A DNA stretch of 62,036 nucleotides, counting the filler, from Vannella sp. (lineage: Eukaryota): the NCBI GenBank assembly GCA_023345925.1. It is 7 parts of 7 records of this genome, joined end to end, with 100 filler letters (N's around TTAATTAATTAA, not from the genome) between each part and the next. Parts side by side here need not be neighbours in the genome. Positions count along the whole stretch, not along the records: positions 38,704 to 45,331 come from JAJQQN010000900.1; positions 45,432 to 55,545 come from JAJQQN010000789.1; 5 more parts are not named here. One strand, 5' to 3'. The notes beneath the pieces were generated by a model. The model ran no database searches. It worked only from the letters and a program-made list of their open reading frames with translations, and was not told the origin of the DNA. This document shows, piece by piece, positions 42,542-53,371 of this stretch. Numbering within the stretch: position 1 is the first letter of the stretch; each line of letters starts with the position of its first letter. Both the position numbers and the translations under genes were made by a program.

Positions 42542-42579
42542 TGTGAGCGGTTTTGGAGTCTTCTATGGCCTGGAGCCGT

Positions 42580-43420
42580 TTAGTAATGAATGCTTTGGGC
42601 CCAATTGCGGTCGAGATTGATTCCACAGTCGTCATCGTCACCAGAGTATTGCTTCATCGCTGGCTTTGTCCATCCTGCAAACGGCACAAAGTCGGCAAAG
42701 GACGCGACACCGTCATAGTGAGCGTACCACAGAGGGTACTGGCTGCCCTTTGTGTAGGAGTCGCCCATGATCACGCTCCACTGGGACTCGCTAGTGTAGA
42801 TGCCCACGGTTTGGTTGAGTTTGAGAGCCTGGCTGACCAAACCTTCAAAGAATCGCTGGTTGGAGGTCTTGGAGGAGCTCCACTTGCCCTCTACGTCAAG
42901 CCAAAAGGTAGTGTACTCGCTGCCATAAGATCTGAGGTAGTCTACGGCTTCTTGCACTTGAGATTGGGGCGTGTCGCCGGTGACATCAGGAAACTGCGAT
43001 AAGGACGACGTGAGAAGGGCCGATCAAGTGCACATACTATGGGTATCAAAGGATCTCACCATGTAAACGTCTATGCGAGAGATGTTGGCCACCTGAGCGT
43101 TGGCAATGGTGTCTGAATGATTGTGAGAGGGCGATTCGGGTTCTCCTTGGACTACCTACGAGGAGCAGTCTCATCAGGGGCACCGTAGCTATGATAGCAC
43201 TTCTAAGGGGTAAGGAAGAGCGCAAGTCTTGAGAGAGAGAACTAACGCGGACGACAGCGAAGGTTGTCCTCAACGAGCTCTGCAAGCATCTGAAGGCGCT
43301 GGGGAGAACCTCGTCAGCGACGTCCACTCCAAACACAGGCTGAGTCGGGGCAGAGAAGCTTAACCCCAAAAGCAGGAGGATCGCCGATACCATCAAGACA
43401 GGAGCAGGGACCATCACCAT
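42580..43420 (-). CDS. Secreted GH25 lysozyme (amoeba/nematode lys-type); 3 introns
   Basis: Signal peptide; GVDV, FAVVR, FWLDVE, GIYTSESQW, PLWYAHYDG, FAGWTKPAMKQY. Confidence 0.9.
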
Positions 43421-43593
43421 GATGGAAGAGAAAATGAGAGAAAGGCTTGAAGGAACTTCTCCCCGCTTGTTTCACGCGTTCGCACGAACACATCGGCAAC
43501 CGCCCGAAGCAGTTTCCATCGTCTCGAGATCGAACCCAAAGCTTCGCGAGCGGGTGCGTTAACAGTTCAGTTTAGTCATTCGTGAACGATCAT

Positions 43594-44250
43594 TCATGAG
43601 AGAGAAAAGTTGAAGCTGGAAGAGACCTCTGGGAGGGGCCAATCGATTGAATACGAATGGGGCTCAGAGGAACTGAAGAGGATCTCGTTCAGATCGGGTC
43701 CCTCGAGAGGACCACAACCAGGAAGACTTTCTGGAAGGGGGAAGATACTGCAGAGGGGTCCACCTGGGGAAGAGGCACTGCCTTCAAGTGTCCAGCCGCT
43801 TTCGCACCAAAGTACGGTGAAGTCGGGGAAGTTAGGCTGGACCAGTTCGAAGACCCAAAGCTTGAAGGAAGGAACTGGTCCATCTAATGAAGAGAAGTCT
43901 GGAGATCGAGATGTGACCCTTTTGCGACGAGGACGAAGCTTGGAGATGGAGATGGCACTTTCATCTTCGTTTGTGAGTTGAATGCGACAGCGAGTCTGGT
44001 TCCATCTCCAAGAGATGCCGCTGGGAATCTCTTTGGCTGCTATCTTCTTCGAGAAAGATGTCACAGCGCCTTGATCCCAACAAGACTCGGTGATGCGGTT
44101 GGAGAGTTGGCGTCCTTGCCAGTGAGAGCTTTGTTCATAGAGGACCTTAAGAGCTCTTCGGTAGTCTGCACTTAGGTTGTGGCGGGTGTGGTACGTCCAG
44201 ATGGGCCGCATGGTTGAAAAAAAGACTGGAGTTGCCAACCTCGCATCCAA
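43594..44250 (-). CDS. Hypothetical protein with an unrecognised Trp-rich basic domain; 5' part interrupted by a duplication
   Basis: 218-codon ORF with WRWNQT, KLRPRRK, KLWVFEL and LWCESG, followed by a Ser/Pro-rich tail. Confidence 0.55.
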   Translation of the reverse strand: MDARLATPVFFSTMRPIWTYHTRHNLSADYRRALKVLYEQSSHWQGRQLSNRITESCWDQGAVTSFSKKIAAKEIPSGISWRWNQTRCRIQLTNEDESAISISKLRPRRKRVTSRSPDFSSLDGPVPSFKLWVFELVQPNFPDFTVLWCESGWTLEGSASSPGGPLCSIFPLPESLPGCGPLEGPDLNEILFSSSEPHSYSIDWPLPEVSSSFNFSLS

Positions 44251-44839
44251 TCGAGATCAAAATTGATTCTCAGAAAGCCAGCGATCATCGTCCTCACAAA
44301 AGGAAATTTCCTAAACACGTCTTTCGGTCCTTTTCTGGGCGTTTCAATGGTCGCACCATCAAACTCCAAGAGGTCAGTCTTTGCTTTGAAGCGTTTCTGC
44401 TGGCATAGCAACAGCTCTGGTAGGAGCTTTCCGGCACTGTCCACCACCTCAGCAGTGGCCTTCTTTCGCTTAGAAGCACGCTTAGACGGTTCGGGAAGCA
44501 CTTGAATCGCTGAAGCTCATCCCTCGTTGCGATCCCTCCTCGAACACTATTCTCACGCAGCGCTTGATAAGTCTGTTCCTTTGCAAACAGCCCCTTTACG
44601 AAGTGCGCTGTTTGTTCAAAGCGCTGCTGTTCTTTGAGCAAGAATCAGATCTCGAACATTCATACCCCGATCGCGAAGTGGCTTGGATGATCGCAAACTG
44701 TGCGGCATCCTATAAAGTGACTTAGGTTGTGGCGGGTGTGGTACGTCCAGATGGGCCGCATGGTTGAAATAAAGACTGGAGTTGCAACCGCAAGATTCAC
44801 CAAATCAATCGAGATCATTTGATTCTCAGAAAGCCAGCG
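44170..44839. repeat. Direct repeat of about 115-120 bp (44170-44283 and 44720-44839)
   Basis: ACTTAGGTTGTGGCGGGTGTGGTACGTCCAGATGGGCCGCATGGTTGAAA.AAAGACTGGAGTTGC is nearly identical in both copies, followed by an indel-diverged segment ending GATTCTCAGAAAGCCAGCG. Confidence 0.92.
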
Positions 44840-45331
44840 GAACACAACGTGTAACCTACTAAACTGTGCGTTTGGTCTCAAATCTTGTTTATCCAGACTC
44901 AACCAGCCGCTTGCAGTCGTCAAAGACGCTCCAGGAGGGCCAGACACTCACAGCAGAGGCAGATCTAGAAAATGATACGAATTCCATTGGCCGCTCGTTC
45001 TGTACTCGCATGAGGGGTTCAGTCACCCGCAGTGACAAGGATGAAGACCGCTTCCTGATGATGTTTGACGCGACGGTAACCATGAACCTATAAACCCTAA
45101 ACCCAAGGGTACGTTGACCCAAAAGCCGTTTTTCGCCTCGGTCGTCTTCCTTCGCTCGTGGATTTTCTCAGGACTTGGTCACTGCCTAACTTCTTAAGAG
45201 ATTCAAAAGCCCCAAAAGGTTGGCGAGAGAGAGAGAGAGAGAGACTTTTTTTCTTGGTTGTCCGACGCAGGCCACGCTCTCGCTGCGTCGGATCAAGACT
45301 CAAGCCCGCTTTGGGATCGGAGCTGATTCTC

Positions 45332-45431
45332 NNNNNNNNNNNNNNNNNNNNNNNNNNNNNNNNNNNNNNNNNNNNTTAATTAATTAANNNNNNNNNNNNN
45401 NNNNNNNNNNNNNNNNNNNNNNNNNNNNNNN
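45332..45431. other. Artificial contig linker
   Basis: N44-TTAATTAATTAA-N44. Confidence 0.98.
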
Positions 45432-48187
45432 GAGAAGAGAAGCAAATCCGCGAGAACACAAACCTTTGCATTCATCCCGACAGGTTCAAAGCATCTCCAG
45501 GAAGTAGACTCGGAAACATCGTCCAACATCCTTTCGAGGAGACGCTCTTGATCAAAGTGGAGCGACTCGAGGACTATGCGCATGTAAGAAGTGTCAACCT
45601 GCATTTGCTGGTATCCATATTTGTTGAACGTGCAAAGTCGCACACATTCCACAAAGGATTTGAGGACTATTTTCGTGACTCCGCTCAATACCGAGTTGGC
45701 GTCCTCTTCAATAATGCCGCCGATGATGGGAGTTCTCTTCGGTCCTCCAGTTAGATGCTGGATAGTAGAAAGTGAGTAACGGCTAAGATCGGATCCGATG
45801 TGGGAATATTGCTTGTGTCCGCTTCCTTCAAGGGAAAGACCTGGGAAACCTCTCGGAGGAAAGAATAGAACTCTTTTGCAACCAGCTCGACGGCCGATCG
45901 AACATCAGAGGGCTCTTTCATTACGCTCCAGTCAGGTGTTTCAACCCCCCTTCTTATCATCATGGAGATATGTGTCCCTTGGTCCCGCACCAGCTCGCTC
46001 AGAAGCTTTTGGGCAGCAGATTGCATTGCACTTTGCAAGGATTCTGTGTCAAAGCTAGTGACTCGTCTCGATTGGGCTGGCGGTAAACTCTTCTTCAGAG
46101 AAGTGGCAATTTGCTCCAGTTTTTTGTCAATAAAGGGAACCACACTCTTTGCAAAGCTGCTAAACAAACGGGATAACACTGACCAAGCATTAGTTAAGGC
46201 CTATGAATGATCGAGATATCTTACTTCCAAGGAAGATAGGAGGAGCAGAGGAATGGGTGGAGTCTTCGGGACGCTTCCCTTTCCTTTCACCTGCCTGACG
46301 TTCGATGTAGCTTGCAGCTTCTGTACTCATAAAGGGGCCTAAGGAGATGATAGATTGAGCTAGTGTCCTCCATACACGAAGAGCATGTTGGGCAAGGAAG
46401 CATTTGGAGTCACCCACCGCCAGCATGATAGAAGCATTCTTGATCAGCTGATCGATGTCTCCTTTCATCTCCACTGCAATACGATCACAATGAGATCCTG
46501 CAGAGCTGGCTGCTAAAGCAGGAACAAACAAAGAGGCAGAAGGAACAAAGCGTTGGAGAACCGAAATCTTCACGCGCATGTTTTGCAAGCACTCCTGCTG
46601 CTGATGAACCATAAATGCACTAATGATATCACCCAGGATGTTCGAAAGTCGAGATCCGACCCCCATTTCACCTTCCAACTCGTTTTCTGACACTATTTGC
46701 TGGAAACTCTCCCCGAGAAGCTCCAGACATTGCAAGACAAATGAGATGTTGTGCTGAGTGAGGAGATGATTGTTCACCAATTGAACGTACTGAGAGAAGA
46801 GTTTGGTAGTGTGTCCTTCAAAGAGCTTCTGCAAATCATTCTGGTGACATTCCTCGGCGTTCTTGACAAACAAGTCAAAGTAGGTGCTACCAAACTCTAG
46901 CAGCTCCCTCAAGAAGCCATGATTGAGTTGCAGCAGGAAAATGGAGGTGCGCTGGTAATGAACCTCCTCATCTGTCAAAGGCTCCTCTTTCAACATTCCC
47001 TCCTGGCTTTCGTCATCTTCAAGATCTGCCAAATCATCCTTTTCCAAGGAAAAAAGCTGTTCTGCCTCGCTCATTTTCTTCTTTGGAGCGCTCTTCTTCT
47101 CTTTGTTCTTCTTCTGCTCCCTGGGAGGGAGCGGAGGCAAAGCCAGCTGACTGAATTTTCCCAATTGCTTTTTCAAGTCCTCACTCCGCCTATAAAACAC
47201 TTATTAGTGCTCTAGAGCTTGACAATGTGGTACGTACCAGTCCAAAAAGAACTCTCTCAGCTTCTGGGATTCTTCTCCAAGATCCATTAAGAGACCAACA
47301 CACTCTGTCACAACATTGGGGAGTGCCTGGGATCACAATAAGTCTTTCAGCCCTCTCAATAGGATTGCCTCTTTCTGACGTACGTTTGTGCTGCTCATCC
47401 GATCTCGGAGGATGTCTTTGAGGTTCTCAATGATCTCTAAACTCTCCTTATCGATGGAGTCGAAGGATGGCAAGTGGCAGTACTTGTCCAGTATCTCCCT
47501 ATATGAAAAGGTTACGACTTGGAATGGGTTAGAGAAGCCCTGCTTACTTGCTTTTGTTGTAGTACTTGACTGCCTGTTGGTAAGCTTGCAGCTCGATGCA
47601 CTTGTGCAGGCGAGAGGGCAGCTCGAAGAGAAACTGGCGCTTCTTCAGAAGAGAAGATATGCCAGAGTACTGCTCCACGGCCTCGCGGTTCTCTGAGAAC
47701 TTCCCATTGATCTGAACCGTAGCGCGGGTGATTGACTCGATCTTAGTCTGTAGCTCGCTCATCTTAGCATCCATATCAATGATGTGTGTTTTCATCTATC
47801 TACTGTGAGTCTTTGTAGCGGTTGGGAAGGAGTAACAGTGGAGGAACACCCACCTGTTGGATAGTGTCGGTGGCGCTGATGAATTTGTTGTAGTTCTCGT
47901 ACACGAGCGTCTTCATCTCCCCATCCAATCTCTCACACTCTAAACAAAGGTTAGAATCGCCCCTTTCATGGCCAGAACTACGCGCCCTTCTTGAGCTTGA
48001 CCTCGGTGGCGACCAAAGGGGAGAGTTTCTTCTCCCTCAGCTGCTTCTGGATGAAGCGATCCTTATCAAAAGCTGTGGAATCCAACGACATGGGGTCTAT
48101 GTTCTCTGACTTGGCTTCATCGGAGATCCCGTAGAACATACGCAGCAAACTTCGCGTTCGACTGTGCGAAGGGCGCTCGTCCTCCAT
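45432..48187 (-). CDS. VPS51: GARP/EARP subunit Vps51; multi-exon; last exon cut by the contig edge
   Basis: LLRMFYG, LDSTAFD, LDGEMKTLVYENYNKFISATDTI, QFLFELPSRL, LKSFVECVRLCTFNKYGYQQMQVD. Confidence 0.92.
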
Positions 48188-48348
48188 CCCCCGCCTCCAA
48201 CAAATGACCCAAAAGCAAGCCTCCTCACACACAAATACTTCTACTAGTTCCATCTACCTCAGGGACTGCATTTGAGTGCTCTGTGAGTGCGCTTTGGTCG
48301 GTGATGGCGGATGTCGATGGAATACGGTTCACTTGGTCATATATTACA

Positions 48349-50419
48349 TCAAAACTGAGTGTCCAGAGAGCCCTGGGCGCTGGAATACTTGCGGAGAGTG
48401 TCCCGGGCTTTTTGAATGACACTTGTGGCTTGGGACCGGCTGTTAGAGACTTTCACTCTTTTGGGCTTGGAAGTGGGAATAAAGGGTTTGTCAGGCACTT
48501 CTTCGTACCAAGGTTTGCAGAATATCATGGCTTTCATCCATTGAGTCATTATCGGGTGCGTTGCAGCGCAGAAGCGGAAAGATTTACCGGAAGATACCAC
48601 TGTGAAAGAAGAGTCCTTTCGATGGTCCGTATTAATGGAAACATTGTCTAAACGCACTATTATCTGTGGGCTATCTTGAGAAACAGGGCGGTACATGAAT
48701 AGGAAGTTATCAAGAAGTATAACATGCCGCTTTTTCCATTTTCCTCGTTGGTATACCTTTAGGACGCCCCTTCGTGCTGTGTCTGGGAACTGGGACCAAG
48801 ACAAGTCACCTCCATAAATGACGTATGCTAATTGGGTGTCGCTCATGTTGATATTGCCTTCCAAGAAGCGGATCTTCTCGCGCAAATAATGGTTTTCCCG
48901 CTCTAATTTCTCATTGACTTCCGCTGCTTTGGTCCAGTTTTCTCCTAGTTGTGCAGTTTCTGTGTTTGCCATTCGTAACTCCTCCTCCAGGTGGTTTTTG
49001 GAAACAAGTAAAGTGTCAAGTTTTCGGCTGATGTTCAAGCAGGTGCTGCCAAGATCAGGAGGGTTGGTGACAAGAGTAGCTAACAATTCTTTGATCTCTT
49101 GCCCCGTCGCTGATTCGAAGTGAACCAGAGAGCTGGACTCAGACTCTTCTGGTTCCTTCTTTTTCTCCACAATCTCCTTTTTGAAGACATTCGCAACGTT
49201 TCTTCGCGGTATCTTTCCTTTGTAGCGACGAGTAGCCTCCTTGATGAGACCACAACTATTGTGGCTGATTGATACATTCCTATTCTCTCCACTGGATCGA
49301 AACTGGCTCACCGCAGCGACAAGTGTGCCGTAATTTCCCGTCATCTAATGTTCAAGTTGAGAGTCAATCCATGTTAATCTAACAACCTACCTTCATGGTC
49401 CCTGGGGTTATAGATCCCGTGAGCCAAGGATGCTGTAAAAGCTCCTCTGCAGTCATTCTGTGAAGAGGATTTCGAGTGAAGCAACCATCCAAGAAGGACG
49501 CCAATTCGTCCGAAATGTTGTCGGGGATTGGTGAAGTATCTCCTTCTACAACCTGATAGATCGCCGCTAAGTTCCCAAGCGCTTGGAAAGGAGGCATTCC
49601 TGTGATTATCTCAACAATTGTAGCTCCAAGGCTCCAAATGTCACTTGGAGGGCCAATCCTCCCCAAATCTGGATTGAACGACTCAGGAGACACTAGAGGT
49701 GTGATTAGTATTGATAGCAATGCTCTATTGACGTACTCCAATAAGTTGTGCCAGCAGGAGCCAATGTTGCTGCATAGTTTCCGCGCTGGCTGGCGAGTCC
49801 AAAGTCAGCAAGCTTACATAAACCATCCTTTGTGATTAATATGTTTCCTCCTTTGATATCACGATGAATAATCTCCTTAGAATGAAGGTAGAGGAGCCCT
49901 TCTAGTATCTGCTTGACGTAAACTGCCTAAAGGTGTCCTATTCATGAGCACATGGTAATGATTGACGCTCTACATACTGCCAGAGGCTCTGGAAAGTGAC
50001 CAAACTTGCGCACAATGTCTTTGATGGAGCCACTTTCGATAAACTCGAAGATGATGTAGAGGCTGTTCCTTTTCTTGATGGAATCGAGGTATGAGATGAT
50101 GTTGGGATGCTGTAGCTTTGAGAGAATGGATAGCTCCTCCTCAAGTGCCTCAAGAGCGCGCTCATGCTCGCCCACATCGATAGAAATCCGTTTGATTGCC
50201 ACAAACTTGCCTGTTACAATATGTAGCGCTTTGTACACCTTTCCTTGGGTACCCTCGCCGAGAACCTGTCCTAAGAGCTTGAAAGGCGTGAGAAGTCACT
50301 CAAAACAATGCCCGAGACCATACATAGTCACCAATTGTGTCCGAGAGGTCACCTTCATCCACTTCCTCCGACTCCACGTCCGGTAGCAGCTTCCAAAGAG
50401 CCTCCTCAGCCTGAAGCAT
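48349..50419 (-). CDS. Ser/Thr kinase (Cdc15/SepA/STE11-like catalytic domain) + coiled coil + PH domain; 4 introns
   Basis: [69 protein letters not shown]. Confidence 0.88.
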
Positions 50420-50677
50420 GTCACTCTCCCTGATGTCCTGATCCTTTGGTCGACTGGGAGACCCTTTCTTTCGAGTGGGGCGCTTGCCAGTCCGTCCCTC
50501 CATCCCACCAAATGCCAATCCCCAACGGTCTTCGGATTGGCAGCCACAATTGAGACTCTTAAATTCAAGTTTTTAACGTTTATGTTTTGGGTGGAGTGAG
50601 GGACTTTTGTGGGTCTCCTAAACCCTAAACCCTAACTCCGTTTGTGGAGTGAGAAGTTGCAGGAAGAGAGGCTCTGC

Positions 50678-50944
50678 TCAGGAGTATGTCCCAGAGGTTT
50701 GTTCTTCGGAGTGGATGATGCGGCTGTAGGGCGTTTGGTAGTGCTCTGCGATCTCCATGCGGTTGTGGCCTTCTTTGATCTTCGCTTCGATGACCAAAGG
50801 ATCCTCCAGGCCCTGGTTCAACCGAAAGATCCTCCGCGCTTCCTTCTGAATGTACTCTTTGTGTTCTGGATGCTCCCACCTCGTCCTACCAGACCGCATG
50901 ATCGCCCGATAGAGCGAAAGTGCCTCCCCTCGTGCCGCACTCAT
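50678..50944 (-). CDS. LYRM1: LYR-motif protein (LYRM1-like)
   Basis: ALSLYRAIMR..W..KEYIQKEARRIFR..EIAEHYQTPYSR. Confidence 0.8.
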   Translation of the reverse strand: MSAARGEALSLYRAIMRSGRTRWEHPEHKEYIQKEARRIFRLNQGLEDPLVIEAKIKEGHNRMEIAEHYQTPYSRIIHSEEQTSGTYS

Positions 50945-51020
50945 CACCTTCACAATAAAATGATTCTAATTCACATGCCAGACAGGACATACCTGCCGAC
51001 CCATTCTCTTGGGGGCTGGC

Positions 51021-51581
51021 ATGGTGCTGAACTATCCGAGACCTCCGCGGGCCGTGTGGTACAAGAGGCCTTTGCCTTTGTGTATGATTGTGTTCTGTGT
51101 GTTGATGTTGGCTGCGGTGGTGACTACATCGCTCTTTGGATCAGGGAGGAAGATGTCGAGGCGGGATCAGAAGTTGTGGGACTTGGGGCTTTATGAGGAG
51201 TATGTCGAACTGAATCAAGACATAGAAGAGCTCTCAATACAGGCTACGGCTGTGACGAGAACAACTGAGAAGTACCAGGCCAAGATTGCGGAAGCGAAGC
51301 GCAATCTCGTTTCCCAGGGTCAGTTAGTCGACCCTGCCAACCCCCATGGGGACTGCCAAGAGATGGAAGAGGCCGTTAAGAGATGCCAGGAAGATGTAAA
51401 GCTTGCTGAAGATGAGTACCAGTCCCTCCGAGAGATTGTCGAGGAGAAGGGTGGCGTCGACCTTGCCCTCCTCGTGGAGATCAAGGAGGGTCGAGTTGAC
51501 CCCAACGCTGAAAGGATTAACCAACAGCTACAAAGAAAGCTGAAACCTGTCCTTCCACGCCTCCCCACCAGAGAGGGATGA
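51021..51581 (+). CDS. Type II single-pass membrane protein with coiled coil, unknown function
   Basis: Hydrophobic LCMIVFCVLMLAAVV followed by heptad-rich helical sequence. Confidence 0.6.
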   Translation: MVLNYPRPPRAVWYKRPLPLCMIVFCVLMLAAVVTTSLFGSGRKMSRRDQKLWDLGLYEEYVELNQDIEELSIQATAVTRTTEKYQAKIAEAKRNLVSQGQLVDPANPHGDCQEMEEAVKRCQEDVKLAEDEYQSLREIVEEKGGVDLALLVEIKEGRVDPNAERINQQLQRKLKPVLPRLPTREG

Positions 51582-51706
51582 CAGGAAGAAGGTCCACCCT
51601 CTATCCTATCCAATGTTGTCATAGAACGTCCAATTGTATAAATAAAATTTACAGTTTATGTATTTACCAAGGAGGAGAAAAGGAGAAGGGGAAGAGCGCC
51701 TTCCTT

Positions 51707-52072
51707 TCAGAATGCGCGTTTGCGGAACTGCTTCTTCCTCTGGAAGTCGTACATGGAGAAGGTATCGTCTTCTCTCCGCCGAAGCAAATGAGGAGGAATG
51801 AAAGGTTCGAGTTCTTGAGAGCCGATCTCTCTGTCAGAGATTTCTCGAGGGGAGGGACCTTGTGGGACGGAGATGGGACACGAGGAGGCAAATTGAGTGA
51901 AGTGGTCTAGTGTGATATCATCCTCTCTCGTAATGGAGTCGTCGGATGAGGCAAGGGGAATGGGGATAGGGGAACTCGGGCTCAGCTCGTCTTTGCTGGG
52001 TTTCGCATTCAAGTTGAGCGCGTTGAAGTAGCGCCTTTTTACCATGTTGTAATCGCTTCTGGAGACGGTCAT
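51707..52072 (-). CDS. Small Ser-rich hypothetical protein with a C-terminal FIPPH motif
   Basis: 121-aa ORF with SSPIPIP, SCPISVP and EPFIPPHLL, reminiscent of PPH-motif small regulatory proteins. Confidence 0.55.
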   Translation of the reverse strand: MTVSRSDYNMVKRRYFNALNLNAKPSKDELSPSSPIPIPLASSDDSITREDDITLDHFTQFASSCPISVPQGPSPREISDREIGSQELEPFIPPHLLRRREDDTFSMYDFQRKKQFRKRAF

Positions 52073-52313
52073 GACTCGAGACTGTGTGCGATGGCGGGAA
52101 GCTGCAGAATGACGTTGGACTCCGGAGCTACATTTGGCAATGTTCTTGGAATTTTCTGACTGCGCGCGGGAAACCTGCTGATTGGTCAGGTAGGAACCAA
52201 GTTAACCAACCCACTTTGGCTGATGGGCGCCCTAAGAAAAATGATTTCATAGGGCGATAAGAAATTGAGCATTCTTTGTAAACAACCTCAAGAGGATCGC
52301 CACTTTCGCACAG

Positions 52314-53291
52314 ATGAACGAGTTCCTGTCGCTTCTGAGCGCGTTCTGTGGGATCACGTACTTTCTTGCATGGTCGGCTTCCTTCTATCCTCAAGTGTGG
52401 CTGAACTACAAGCGCAAGAGCGTGGTGGGACTCTCCTTTGACTACTTGAACTACAATATCCTCGGGTTCACCTGCTACTCCATCTACAACGTCTCTCTCT
52501 ACTGGGTTCCTGTGGTCATAGCTCAGTATGAAGATAAGTACGGCGTGGATCACACTCCTGTCCAACTTAGCGACGTTTTGTTCGCGGTCCACGCTCTGGC
52601 GCTCTGTTCCGTCCAGTGTGTTCAGTGCTTCATCTTTGAGAGAGGAACACAACATATCAGTCCTGTGGCAGCGGTATTGGCTGTCCTAGGGTGGGTTTCT
52701 GTGTACGTGTATGCCCTTTTGGGTGGGTTCCACATCGTTACGTGGCTCTCCTTCGTCTACTGGCTGTCTTACGTGAAGCTCTTTGTCACTTTTGTTAAGT
52801 ATATCCCACAGGTGAGATCCATAAGCGCTCATTGGAGCCTCCATGGCCTAAAACAGTCGTCTAGGCATTCATCAACTACAAAAGGAAGAGTACCGTTGGA
52901 TGGCACATTGGCAATGTGCTTCTTGATCTCACAGGTGGTATCTTCTCTCTCTTACAGATGGTGGTGGACAGCCTTAACGAAGGTATGGCCCTCATGCGCG
53001 CAAACCGCGCTCTTTCTCACATCCTGTAAAGGGGACTGGACCGCCTTTACCAACTACTCCAAGCTAGGGCTTTCCTTCTTTTCCATTGGCTTCGATCTCC
53101 TCTTCATCGTGCAGCATTACGTGTGCTACCCCCAACCCAAGACCAGCCCCACCCCTGAACCCCCAGCAGACCGAGAGATCTCCTGGGATACCGACTCAGA
53201 GAACAGCCAACCCCTCAAATATGGTAGCAAAGCCTCTGTCAACAGCAAGACCTCCATCAACAGCGAACCCGAAGTCAAGTACACTGTCTAA
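52314..53291 (+). CDS. CTNS: Cystinosin (PQ-loop lysosomal cystine transporter); 2 introns
   Basis: [54 protein letters not shown]. Confidence 0.94.
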   Translation: MNEFLSLLSAFCGITYFLAWSASFYPQVWLNYKRKSVVGLSFDYLNYNILGFTCYSIYNVSLYWVPVVIAQYEDKYGVDHTPVQLSDVLFAVHALALCSVQCVQCFIFERGTQHISPVAAVLAVLGWVSVYVYALLGGFHIVTWLSFVYWLSYVKLFVTFVKYIPQVRSISAHWSLHGLKQSSRHSSTTKGRVPLDGTLAMCFLISQVVSSLSYRWWWTALTKVWPSCAQTALFLTSCKGDWTAFTNYSKLGLSFFSIGFDLLFIVQHYVCYPQPKTSPTPEPPADREISWDTDSENSQPLKYGSKASVNSKTSINSEPEVKYTV

Positions 53292-53371
53292 GTCGTTCTC
53301 TGCTTGTTTGTACAGTAAAGGGAGGTTTGATCGTATGAGGGTCAATTGAGGGAGCCACTTTTGCTTGGGTT

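Noticed and set aside
45226..45244. (GA)n microsatellite, and the (GAT)n tract near 39592-39620
   Set aside because: Ordinary simple repeats; the latter encodes the MMAB acidic tail.
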